Assembly (NCBI GenBank): GCA_963674785.1
Contig: OY771555.1
Location: 2,144,001 to 2,208,000 of the forward strand
Origin: Caldisericia bacterium
GTDB taxonomy: Bacteria; Caldisericota; Caldisericia; JAAYUI01
Reading direction: 5' to 3'
Length of the DNA: 64,000 nucleotides
The position numbers and the translations under genes were made by a program. The notes below the pieces were generated by a model. That model was not told the origin of the DNA and searched no databases. It worked only from the letters and a program-made list of their open reading frames with translations. Each line of letters opens with the position of its first letter. Within the stretch, counting starts at the first letter, position 1. Positions 1 through 9,304 of this stretch are shown here, piece after piece.

Positions 1-575
1 GAAGCATCCCTTTTGGACTTATTATCGGAAAACTCAAAGGGGTTGATGTAAGAGATGTCGGTTCAGGTAATATTGGTGCTACAAACGTTTTAAGATCAGT
101 TGGGTGGCTACCAGGAGCTTTGACAACACTTCTTGACGTTGCAAAAGGATTCGTTCCGGTTTTTATTGCTGGAATAGTTGGATTTGATCCTTGGCAAATG
201 GCGTTGCTAGGTTTAGTGATATTTCTCGGTCACTGTTGGTCAGTCTTTTTATTGTTTAAAGGTGGAAAAGGGATCTCAACTAGTCTTGGCATTGTCTTAG
301 CGTTAGACTGGAGATTGGCAATTGCTGCCGCAATTGTTTGGCTAATAATTGTTCTCATGTGGAGGTTTGTGAGCCTTGCATCTGTTATGACAATTTCACT
401 TGTCCCATTCGGCTTTCTGCTTGCTCATTTTGATCTCTTGGAGTTTGCTGTGTTAATAGGAATTGCTGTATTAGCGGTTTTAAAGCATATCCCCAACATA
501 AAAAGATTATCTGCTGGGGAAGAGTACAAAATCGGAGAAAGGGCACTTGCAAATGTTGATACGGGTGGATCCTGA
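1..575 (+). CDS. plsY: Glycerol-3-phosphate acyltransferase PlsY (5'-truncated by window edge)
   Basis: Frame open from nt 3: SIPFG...DVRDVGSGNIGATNVLR, GHCWSVFLLFKGGKGIST and KHIPNIKRL are PlsY motifs. Confidence 0.95.
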   Translation, partial: SIPFGLIIGKLKGVDVRDVGSGNIGATNVLRSVGWLPGALTTLLDVAKGFVPVFIAGIVGFDPWQMALLGLVIFLGHCWSVFLLFKGGKGISTSLGIVLALDWRLAIAAAIVWLIIVLMWRFVSLASVMTISLVPFGFLLAHFDLLEFAVLIGIAVLAVLKHIPNIKRLSAGEEYKIGERALANVDTGGS

Positions 576-1197
576 AAAACCAGATGTTGGATTGATTGGG
601 GCTGCTGCAAATATGGCCAGAATAGGTCAACTGATAGTATTTCAAACCGACACAATATATGGTGTTGGAACCTCGGCACAGTCTGAGGCCGGTGTAGAAA
701 GGCTTTTCTCAAGAAAAAACCGATCAACTGATAAGCCCTTGGGAGTTTTCTTAAGCTCGATTAATGAGGCACAAAACTACTGCATCATCAACGACAAACA
801 CATTAAGTTTCTGGAAAACATCTGGCCGGGACCAGTTACATGCGTCTTCAAAAGAAGAAAAAGCACCTCTTTATGGGTTACACCAAAAGCTGAACAACCC
901 CCAACAATCGCTGTAAGAATACCCAAGTCAAATGTTGTACATCATCTTCTTGATGAACTAAATGTGCCACTACTTCAAACCTCCGTAAATGTTTCCGGTC
1001 AAAGACATCTTTCACACAAAGAGCTTGTTAGCGAGTACCGCAGATTTGGTGACGTAATGATTGATTCTGGTCCAGAAAAATCCCTGCAACCCTCAACCGT
1101 GATAAGCCTGATTGGCGACGAAGTGAAGCTTATTCGCGAGGGGTCAACACCGTGGAACAGTATCTCAATGAGCCTTGAGATGTCTGGGGCAATTTAA
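553..1197 (+). CDS. tsaC: L-threonylcarbamoyladenylate synthase (TsaC/YrdC type, no SUA5 C-domain)
   Basis: FQTDTIYG, KNRxxDKPL, WPGPVT, AVRIP, TSVNVSG, PSTVI...IREG; ATG at 553. Confidence 0.88.
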   Translation: MLIRVDPEKPDVGLIGAAANMARIGQLIVFQTDTIYGVGTSAQSEAGVERLFSRKNRSTDKPLGVFLSSINEAQNYCIINDKHIKFLENIWPGPVTCVFKRRKSTSLWVTPKAEQPPTIAVRIPKSNVVHHLLDELNVPLLQTSVNVSGQRHLSHKELVSEYRRFGDVMIDSGPEKSLQPSTVISLIGDEVKLIREGSTPWNSISMSLEMSGAI

Positions 1198-1297
1198 CTT
1201 ACTAAGCTCATAAAAGACTTAATTCACTTGACGAATACCCATTTATAGGTTATTTTTGAGTTCAAGTACACACAAACCAAGTGTAAAGGAGGGTGCA

Positions 1298-2797
1298 ATG
1301 AGTAAAATGCGTTATCTCGCATTAGCCCTTGTTATTGTGATTCTGATTTCAGGTTGTTCTGTTAATGGGGACGAACTAAAACAGACAAACATCATAAGTG
1401 TAACAAACTGTGAAAACGTAATTATTGTTTCAGATTATACAATGGAATACCTTGAACAAGACCCTGAAAAATGGTTCCTCAATGATGAAAATTTCGATTG
1501 GGATAATCCTGATCCATCAATCACCGACTGGGATAACCTGAACATGGAGCTTGATAATCTGCCGTGGGATGCCGAACAATGGATGCAGGGAAACTGGAAT
1601 CAGGTTTCATTGATAGACAGAAATGAAATTCAAGTAGTTTTAGGTCAGGGAAATTGGACAGACCTATACAACCATAAAGCTGATTGGATTTATTATCTTG
1701 AACACCCCTACACATGGAACGAACTTGAATTCCCAGAAAACAAAAGAACCCTGCTCAAAGGCGTGAATCAAAACATCATTGATTCATCTTGGCTTCCAAG
1801 CATATACAGACAGTTTTTTACCCTTAAAAAAGCTTCATCTGGCACACTTACGATTTGGGTAATTGGAAGCGTTGATGTTTATATGGATCCACCATTTGGC
1901 ACAAGGTTGCTTTCAAATCAAGGTGAAAAACCCAGATGTTTCGTTGGAAGAGGAGTTGGAGACAAAAACAAACCAACAAAAATCACGATAAGTATCCCAG
2001 AAATCAAGAGTGGAACACACTGTCTTTATTTCGTTCACAGAGCAGCCCCACAAGCTGAAGAATTTTGTATGCTACACACACTTGCCATCAGACCTTTTGC
2101 AAGCCAGACAACAAGAGGCGGATGGACTGTTGACGAATGTGATTGCTCATGCCTTTCAAGCAACGAAACTGCAGAATACCTCGTCCATGATGTAAATATC
2201 ACAAATAATGCAGGAAACACAGTACCGTGGGAGCCAATCGAAAACCACGGTGTTGATTATGTCCTAGGGAAATGGGCACCAGTATCAGTCATCCCACATC
2301 ATTCAGCTGATATGATGGCATGGGGAAAAGACTATAGAGGAACCCCATGGCACACTCTGTACAACAAATGTGCAAACTGGGTATACACAACCTCTGATCC
2401 TATGGACGGTTGGAATCACTGTCGGGCATGGGAAACGAATATTTACAGGCAGGTTTTTTCTGTTGACAAAGACACAAATGCAAATCTGATTGTATACACA
2501 AACGATCTTGTTGATGTGTATGTTGACCCATTTATTGACCTTTTAAATCCAATTGATTCAACTCCACTCATCAATGATCCACCACCAAACTCTAATCCAT
2601 ATCACGTTGGAAGCTCTGTAAACATGAAGGGCGGAAGACTTTTAACAATCCCACTTTTCCTCACAAAAGGAACCCACACTCTTTATTTTGTTCATAAAAA
2701 CCAGGACTTCCCTGCAAGCTCAACGAAGGCGTATGACTACTATGGCCTTATCTATTCGCTTTGTTGCAAGGAAGAATGCGTTTGTGACGATGAATAG
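1298..2797 (+). CDS. Hypothetical lipoprotein with two tandem jelly-roll-like repeats, Trp- and Cys-rich
   Basis: SD AAGGAGG then ATG 1298; lipobox ISGC; internal repeat IYRQxF...VDVYxDP...GTHxLYFVH occurs twice. Confidence 0.75.
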   Translation: MSKMRYLALALVIVILISGCSVNGDELKQTNIISVTNCENVIIVSDYTMEYLEQDPEKWFLNDENFDWDNPDPSITDWDNLNMELDNLPWDAEQWMQGNWNQVSLIDRNEIQVVLGQGNWTDLYNHKADWIYYLEHPYTWNELEFPENKRTLLKGVNQNIIDSSWLPSIYRQFFTLKKASSGTLTIWVIGSVDVYMDPPFGTRLLSNQGEKPRCFVGRGVGDKNKPTKITISIPEIKSGTHCLYFVHRAAPQAEEFCMLHTLAIRPFASQTTRGGWTVDECDCSCLSSNETAEYLVHDVNITNNAGNTVPWEPIENHGVDYVLGKWAPVSVIPHHSADMMAWGKDYRGTPWHTLYNKCANWVYTTSDPMDGWNHCRAWETNIYRQVFSVDKDTNANLIVYTNDLVDVYVDPFIDLLNPIDSTPLINDPPPNSNPYHVGSSVNMKGGRLLTIPLFLTKGTHTLYFVHKNQDFPASSTKAYDYYGLIYSLCCKEECVCDDE

Positions 2798-2806
2798 GAG
2801 ATAAGT

Positions 2807-4213
2807 ATGAATACTCTTCCATTTTATTCAGGTGGAAGGAAGACTACTGAAAAAATGTTAGAAGTAAGAGACAAATACACGGGCGAGACCTTCGCCCGTG
2901 TTTCAATTTCTGACAAAAGCGACATTCAGAAATCATATGAAATCTTAAAAAAGTCAGAAACTCTTCCATCCCACAAAAGAGCAGAAATCCTTGATAAAAC
3001 CGCAGAAATCGTTTTATCAAAAAAGAATAAACTCGCAGAAATCATTTGCTGTGAAGCTGGAAAACCAATCAAACTTGCAAGAGGAGAAGTTGAAAGATGT
3101 ATTCAAACACTCAAATTCTCAGCATCGGTAGCAAGAACAATTTCTGGTGAAACGGTCAATTTTCCAGCACATCCCGGGGGAGAAGGGAGAAGAGGCTACG
3201 TTTCCTATGAGCCAGTAGGTGTTGTTGCAGCAATCTCACCATTCAACTTTCCACTCAACCTCTTTGCTCATAAGGTCGCGCCGGCAATTGCTGCAGGCTG
3301 CCCAATAATTTCAAAACCCGCAAGCACAACACCAGTTTCAGCACTCAAGCTTGCTGAATGTCTCTTTGAAGCAGGACTTCCAGAAAACCAGCTTTCCGTT
3401 CTGGTGGGTTCCGGCAGTGAAATTGGCACTGGAATTGTTTCACACCCTGATTGTGCACATATCAGTTTCACAGGAAGCCCAGAGGTCGGATGGAATCTAC
3501 TCAATGTAAATCCAAAAATTGGAAGGACACTTGAACTTGGTTCAAACTCAGCGATGGTCATTGATTCAAGTTGGGATGTTTCAGATGCAGCCAAAAAAGC
3601 GGTTTCTGCATCAATGGCATATTCTGGACAGGTTTGTATTTCTCTTCAAAGAGTGTATGTCACAGAAGATATTTTTGATGAGCTTTGCTCAAAAATTAAA
3701 GAAAACGCCTCACAGCTCATAATCGGAAATCCACACGATGAAGCAACAACAATTGGTCCAATGATTTCAGAATATGAGGCAGACCGAGTAAGAGATTGGG
3801 TAAGAAAAGCGAGGAATGCCGGAGCGAGTGTTTTAGTATCTGAGGATAAAGGTAAATCATTACTTGGTCCACAGATTCTTACGAATGTTCCAGAAAACTG
3901 CGAGATTATCTCAAATGAGGTTTTTGGCCCAGTTGTATCGATAAACCCAATTAGGAAAATTGATGATGCAGTTGAGTTAATCAACCAAACAGAATATGGG
4001 CTTCAAGCAGGAATACTCATTAAGGATTTCCAAAAAGCTATAAGGCTCTCTGAAAAACTTGATGTTGCTGGTGTCATCATTGGAGACAGCCCAATCTTCA
4101 GGGTAGACCAGATGCCATATGGTGGAATAAAAAAATCGGGAATCGGAAGAGAAGGCCCAAAATGGGCAATCAGGGACTTAGTCAAAGAAAAACTTACCGT
4201 CTTTACACTCTGA
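2807..4213 (+). CDS. NAD(P)-dependent aldehyde dehydrogenase family protein
   Basis: ISPFNFPLNL, KPAS, FTGS, LELG (catalytic E), GQVCIS (catalytic C), EVFGPV, PYGGIKKSGIGREG. Confidence 0.93.
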   Translation: MNTLPFYSGGRKTTEKMLEVRDKYTGETFARVSISDKSDIQKSYEILKKSETLPSHKRAEILDKTAEIVLSKKNKLAEIICCEAGKPIKLARGEVERCIQTLKFSASVARTISGETVNFPAHPGGEGRRGYVSYEPVGVVAAISPFNFPLNLFAHKVAPAIAAGCPIISKPASTTPVSALKLAECLFEAGLPENQLSVLVGSGSEIGTGIVSHPDCAHISFTGSPEVGWNLLNVNPKIGRTLELGSNSAMVIDSSWDVSDAAKKAVSASMAYSGQVCISLQRVYVTEDIFDELCSKIKENASQLIIGNPHDEATTIGPMISEYEADRVRDWVRKARNAGASVLVSEDKGKSLLGPQILTNVPENCEIISNEVFGPVVSINPIRKIDDAVELINQTEYGLQAGILIKDFQKAIRLSEKLDVAGVIIGDSPIFRVDQMPYGGIKKSGIGREGPKWAIRDLVKEKLTVFTL

Positions 4214-4232
4214 TTTTAAGATTCCCTTCACC

Positions 4233-4261
4233 TTGAAATCACTTACGAAAAAAACTAATAT
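4233..4261 (+). promoter_or_regulatory. sigma70-type promoter of rpiB operon (TTGAAA-17-TAATAT), probably leaderless
   Basis: Consensus-like hexamers with 17-bp spacer; ATG 7 nt after -10; no SD. Confidence 0.55.
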
Positions 4262-4268
4262 AGTTTTG

Positions 4269-4724
4269 ATGATTACAAAGAAAGTTTCAATTGCATCCGA
4301 TCATGGCGGATTTGAGCTGAAAGAAAAAATAATCCTATTCCTAAATGAAATTGGTATTTCGACGGTAGACCTCGGAACAAATTCAACCGAGAGCGTTGAT
4401 TACCCGGATTTTGCAAAAAAACTCACTGATAACATCGCATCTGGTGAAACTGATTTTGGAATCCTTATCTGCGGAACGGGTATCGGAATGGAGATTTCTG
4501 CCAACAAAGCAAAAGGGATTCGGGCTGCTAACTGCACAAACTCAACAATGGCAAAATTGACAAGACAGCACAATAACGCAAACGTGCTTTGCATGGGTGA
4601 GAGGATTGTTGGTTTTGAACTCGCAAAAGATATAGTGTCCACCTTCTTAAAGACAGAATTTGAAGGTGGAAGACACCAAAGAAGAATAGAAAAAATAAAA
4701 GATATGGAGGAATCCCATGGGTAA
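4269..4724 (+). CDS. rpiB: Ribose-5-phosphate isomerase B
   Basis: [39 protein letters not shown]. Confidence 0.97.
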   Translation: MITKKVSIASDHGGFELKEKIILFLNEIGISTVDLGTNSTESVDYPDFAKKLTDNIASGETDFGILICGTGIGMEISANKAKGIRAANCTNSTMAKLTRQHNNANVLCMGERIVGFELAKDIVSTFLKTEFEGGRHQRRIEKIKDMEESHG

Positions 4725-5967
4725 CTTAAACAAAATTGATCCAGAAGTTGCAAGCTCACTTGAGCAGGAATTGAATCGTCAAAGAGGAAATATCGAGTTA
4801 ATCGCCTCTGAAAACTTCGTCAGCCCCGCTGTTCTTGAAGCACTCGGCTCAATGGCAACAAACAAATACGCCGAAGGGTATCCTGGAAAAAGATACTACG
4901 GTGGATGTGAGTTCCTTGATATCGCAGAAAAACTTGCCATGAAACGCGCAAGAGAGATTTTTGGTGCTGAGTACGCAAACGTTCAACCACATTCCGGTGC
5001 ACAGGCAAACATGGCTGCATTTTTCTCCATGCTTAATCCGGGTGATACATTCATGGGAATGAAGCTTGACCACGGTGGTCATCTCACACACGGTCACCCA
5101 ATCACTATGTCTGGAAAATGGTTCAATGCTGTTTCATATGGGGTCAATAAAGAAACCGAAACCCTTGATTACGATGAACTCGAAACAATGGCAACTGAGG
5201 TTAAACCAAAACTCATCGTTGCAGGAGCTTCCGCTTACCCAAGATTCTTTGATTTTGAAAGACTTGGAAAAATTGCAAAATCAGTTGGTGCAAAACTCAT
5301 GGTCGATATGGCTCATATCGCAGGACTTGTCGCTGCAGGGGTTCATCCATCACCAATTCCACACGCAGATGTTGTCACAACAACAACACATAAAACCCTC
5401 AGAGGTCCTCGAGGTGGAATGATTCTTTCCACAAAAGACATGAGGAAAGAAGTCAAAAAGGCAGTATTCCCTGGAATTCAGGGTGGCCCACTCATGCATG
5501 TTATCGCAGCAAAAGCAGTTTGCTTCAAAGAAGCCATGGGCGAGGAGTTCAAAGAGTATCAGAAACAGACAATCAAAAATGCAGCAACCCTTGCAAAATC
5601 ACTTGCCGCAAACGGCTTCAGAATTGTCTCTGGTGGAACTGATAACCATCTGATGCTCGTTGATCTCAGACCAAAAGATATTGGCGGTTCAGAAATGGAA
5701 GACCTTTCAGAGTCAATCGGAATTACAATCAACAAAAACGCAATCCCGTTTGATCCAGCTCCTCCAATGAACCCATCTGGAATGAGACTTGGAACACCAT
5801 CACTTACAACCCGCGGCATGAAAGAACCTGAAATGGAACAGATTGCAAGCATCATCACAAAAGCAGTCGCAAACAGAAACGACGAGAAAGCTCTTGAGTC
5901 ATTGAAAAATGAGGTTAAGGAACTTACAGGTAAATTCCCTCTCTATGAAGGTGTCACCTATCTGTAA
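4717..5967 (+). CDS. glyA: Serine hydroxymethyltransferase
   Basis: [35 protein letters not shown]. Confidence 0.99.
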   Translation: MGNLNKIDPEVASSLEQELNRQRGNIELIASENFVSPAVLEALGSMATNKYAEGYPGKRYYGGCEFLDIAEKLAMKRAREIFGAEYANVQPHSGAQANMAAFFSMLNPGDTFMGMKLDHGGHLTHGHPITMSGKWFNAVSYGVNKETETLDYDELETMATEVKPKLIVAGASAYPRFFDFERLGKIAKSVGAKLMVDMAHIAGLVAAGVHPSPIPHADVVTTTTHKTLRGPRGGMILSTKDMRKEVKKAVFPGIQGGPLMHVIAAKAVCFKEAMGEEFKEYQKQTIKNAATLAKSLAANGFRIVSGGTDNHLMLVDLRPKDIGGSEMEDLSESIGITINKNAIPFDPAPPMNPSGMRLGTPSLTTRGMKEPEMEQIASIITKAVANRNDEKALESLKNEVKELTGKFPLYEGVTYL

Positions 5968-6926
5968 TGAACCAAAACCTTTTACTTATAATCGGGTTTC
6001 TTATATCCGGAATATCAAGCATGCTTTTGACTCCTGCCTCAATCTGGTTGGGTCACAGGCTAGGAATTGTTGATAATTCAGGAGAAAAAACTCCCTCAGG
6101 ACAAACAAAAATAACAACAAAAAAAACTCCCAGGACTGGCGGTCTTGGGATTTTTTTTGCGACATTCATTCCATTCCTGATTCTATCGGGATTTGATATT
6201 TCGTCTTGGAGCATAATCCTTGGTGCATTTATTATCACTCTATTCATGCTCATCGATGATAAATACAACTTGTCTCCGTGGATGAAGTTTCTCGGGCAGA
6301 TTATCGCAGCAACACCACCAATTCTTGCTGGTTTCAGGATTTCGTATCTTACAAATATAGTAAGCTCAGGATGGTTTTCAGTTGGTTGGCTTGCGATTCC
6401 ACTGACATACCTTTGGATAATCCTTGTTACCAACGCGGTTAATTTCATCGATGGGCTCGATGGTCTTGCAAGTGGAATAACTTTTTTTGTGTGTGTTGCC
6501 GGAGCTTTGGCATCTCTTTCGAGAGGCCCAGAGATGATCATACCAGCTCTTCTTCTGATCTGTCTTGCTGGGGCATCCGCTGGGTTTTTGCCATATAACT
6601 TTGAACCGGCAAAAATTTACCTTGGCGATAATGGTGCACATTTCATTGGTTATGTTATCGCAGTAACTGCAATCTGGGGAACAGCAAAGGCAACAACCGC
6701 CGCTGTCCTCGGAGTTTTATTCCTTGCAATGTTTATTCCAATGGCTGATGTTTTCTATTCATCACTTCGGAGACTTAAAAATAAAAAATCCCCATTCTCG
6801 GGAGACATGGACAATATCCATTACCAGATGATTAAAAAGGGATGGTCTGTGAAATCTGTCGTTTTAATCTTCTACGGGATAACAATAATTGTATCCGTTC
6901 TGGCATTGTTTATATTTGTCTATTAG
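5967..6926 (+). CDS. Undecaprenyl-phosphate GlcNAc-1-phosphate transferase (TagO/WecA, GT4/MraY family)
   Basis: TPRTGG, IDD, NAVNFIDGLDGLA, YNFEPAKIYLGDNG, multi-TM; precedes wecB. Confidence 0.88.
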   Translation: MNQNLLLIIGFLISGISSMLLTPASIWLGHRLGIVDNSGEKTPSGQTKITTKKTPRTGGLGIFFATFIPFLILSGFDISSWSIILGAFIITLFMLIDDKYNLSPWMKFLGQIIAATPPILAGFRISYLTNIVSSGWFSVGWLAIPLTYLWIILVTNAVNFIDGLDGLASGITFFVCVAGALASLSRGPEMIIPALLLICLAGASAGFLPYNFEPAKIYLGDNGAHFIGYVIAVTAIWGTAKATTAAVLGVLFLAMFIPMADVFYSSLRRLKNKKSPFSGDMDNIHYQMIKKGWSVKSVVLIFYGITIIVSVLALFIFVY

Positions 6927-6935
6927 GATGTATCT

Positions 6936-8048
6936 ATGAAAGTAATGTTGATATTTGGGACGAGGCCGGAAGCCATTAAAATGGCACCCCTCGTGAAAGC
7001 TTTTGAATCTGACTCAGATTTTGAGACAGTTGTGACTGTGACTGCTCAACACCGTGAAATGCTCGACCAGGTTCTTGATTTGTTCTCAATCGAGCCAAAA
7101 TATGACCTCAAAATAATGAAAAAGGCACAGAGCTTGTCTGATGTAACAACAAGGGTTCTGCTTGGTCTTGAAAAAATCTTGAAAGACGAAAAGCCAGATT
7201 TAGTGCTTGTTCATGGTGACACCACAACAACATTTGCAGGGGCTTTGGCATCGTTTTATTCAACTCCACCCATCCCATGTGGTCATGTTGAAGCCGGTCT
7301 TAGAAGCTTTGATAAAATGAATCCATACCCTGAAGAGGTAAACCGAATACTAACTGATCACCTCTGTAAATACTACTTTGCACCAACAAAAAACGCACAA
7401 AAAAACCTTCTCTCTGAAGGCATAAAAGAAGAAGACATAACCATCACAGGAAACACTGTTGTTGATGCCCTGAAACAGATTCAAAAAATAAATAAGGATC
7501 TTCCATTACCTGTTGAAGTAGGGAAAAATGAAAAGCTTGTAACTATTACAATGCACCGCAGGGAAAGCTGGGGCAAACCTCTTGAATCAGTTTGTAGAGC
7601 AATACTAAGACTGCACACTGAGATAACAAATGTAAGATTCATATTCCCATGGCACATGAATCCAAAGGTAAGGGAAATCATCTCTCCGATTCTTTCAGGA
7701 CTTAAAAGGGTTCATCTGGTTGAGCCACTTGATTATCAAAACTTCTTAAACCTAATGGATAAGTCCTATTTGATAATGTCTGATTCTGGAGGAATCCAGG
7801 AAGAAGCCGCCTCTCTTTCAGTTCCTGTACTTCTTCTCAGACATGTAACCGAAAGACCAGAAGCTCTTGATTGCGGTATCTGCAAACTTGTTGGGACGGA
7901 TGAACAAAAAGTATTCGATGAGGCAAGAGAGATACTCACAAATGAAGAAAAAAAGAATGCCATGATTCCAGATGTAAATCCATTTGGTGATGGCACTGCA
8001 TCCATAAGAATTAAAAACTTCATTGCTAAAAAGTGGGGTTTAAATTGA
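6936..8048 (+). CDS. wecB: UDP-N-acetylglucosamine 2-epimerase (non-hydrolysing)
   Basis: FGTRPEAIKMAP, VHGDTTT, HVEAGLRS, SDSGGIQEEA, NPFGDG. Confidence 0.97.
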   Translation: MKVMLIFGTRPEAIKMAPLVKAFESDSDFETVVTVTAQHREMLDQVLDLFSIEPKYDLKIMKKAQSLSDVTTRVLLGLEKILKDEKPDLVLVHGDTTTTFAGALASFYSTPPIPCGHVEAGLRSFDKMNPYPEEVNRILTDHLCKYYFAPTKNAQKNLLSEGIKEEDITITGNTVVDALKQIQKINKDLPLPVEVGKNEKLVTITMHRRESWGKPLESVCRAILRLHTEITNVRFIFPWHMNPKVREIISPILSGLKRVHLVEPLDYQNFLNLMDKSYLIMSDSGGIQEEAASLSVPVLLLRHVTERPEALDCGICKLVGTDEQKVFDEAREILTNEEKKNAMIPDVNPFGDGTASIRIKNFIAKKWGLN

Positions 8049-9301
8049 GTAAATACATAATCAAAGGTGGAAACCCCCTAAAAGGATCAGTAGAAATAAA
8101 GGGTGCGAAAAACTCTGCAATGCCGATTATTACTGCTTGTTGCCTCATAAAAGACAAGGTTGTTTTAAGAAATATCCCAACAAAAAATGATCCGATTCAC
8201 CTCATCCATATGCTAGAAGATATCGGCGTAAAAGTCACAAGGTTGGATGAAAACTCCTGGGAAATAAACGCAAAAGGAAAACTTGAATCAGACATCAATG
8301 GGGACAAAGAAAACAGAATCAGGGGAAGTCAAACGATGCTTGGTGCGATGCTTGCCAGAAATGGAGAGGTCACACTCAAATCTCCCGGAGGATGCAACAT
8401 CGGTTCAAGACCAATGGATATCCACCTTAAAGGTTTTGAAGCTCTCGGAACAGAGGTAACCACATGCCCCGATAGAATCCAAATCAAAGCAGCAAATGGC
8501 TTAAAGGGAACAGACATAAAACTCGGGTTTCCATCTGTTGGGGCAACCGAAAATCTCATGATTGCTGCAAGCATGGCAAACGGACAAACAATCCTTTCAA
8601 ATTGTGCAAGAGAACCAGAAATAACAGATTTGGCAGATTTCTTAAATTCATGTGGTGCAAAAATCGCGGGAGCTGGAACAGACACAATCAAAATTGAAGG
8701 TGTCGACAGTTTCCATTCAACTGATTACACAATTATTTCTGACCGGATAGAGGCTGGAACATACGTTATCGCAGCAGCAATAACTAAGGGAGATGTTTCA
8801 ATTCACGGAGTTGACCCATCATTCGTCGACGCATTGATAATAAAACTCCAAGAAATAGGTGTAAAAGTCAAAACAAACAATAAAGAAATTAAGGTTCAAG
8901 GCATCGAAAAAGTTCAATCAATCAACATAAAAACGCTTCCTTACCCTGGGTTTCCAACTGATCTGCAACCACAGATGGCAAGCCTACTATCACTTGCTAA
9001 CGGTACTTCAATCATGACCGAAACCATCTTTGAAAACAGGTTTGCAGCTGTCCCCGAACTCAACAAGATGGGTGCAAACATAAAACTCGACGGAAAAACA
9101 ATCCGAATCGAGGGTGCAAAAAAACTGACTGGAACGACAGTAAAAGCTCACGACCTTAGAGGCGGAGCAAGTCTTGTGTTGGCAGCACTTGTTGCCGATG
9201 GTGAAACAATTGTTGAGGATGTGGAACATATTGAGCGAGGATATGACGGATTCCACGAAAAACTGCTCTCTCTTGGGGCAGATATCAGAAGGGTTGAATA
9301 A
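8045..9301 (+). CDS. murA: UDP-N-acetylglucosamine 1-carboxyvinyltransferase
   Basis: GAKNS, PGGCNIGSRP, SVGATEN, DRIEAGT, YPGFPTDLQ, DLRGG; TTG start overlapping wecB TGA. Confidence 0.97.
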   Translation: MSKYIIKGGNPLKGSVEIKGAKNSAMPIITACCLIKDKVVLRNIPTKNDPIHLIHMLEDIGVKVTRLDENSWEINAKGKLESDINGDKENRIRGSQTMLGAMLARNGEVTLKSPGGCNIGSRPMDIHLKGFEALGTEVTTCPDRIQIKAANGLKGTDIKLGFPSVGATENLMIAASMANGQTILSNCAREPEITDLADFLNSCGAKIAGAGTDTIKIEGVDSFHSTDYTIISDRIEAGTYVIAAAITKGDVSIHGVDPSFVDALIIKLQEIGVKVKTNNKEIKVQGIEKVQSINIKTLPYPGFPTDLQPQMASLLSLANGTSIMTETIFENRFAAVPELNKMGANIKLDGKTIRIEGAKKLTGTTVKAHDLRGGASLVLAALVADGETIVEDVEHIERGYDGFHEKLLSLGADIRRVE

Positions 9302-9304
9302 ACC

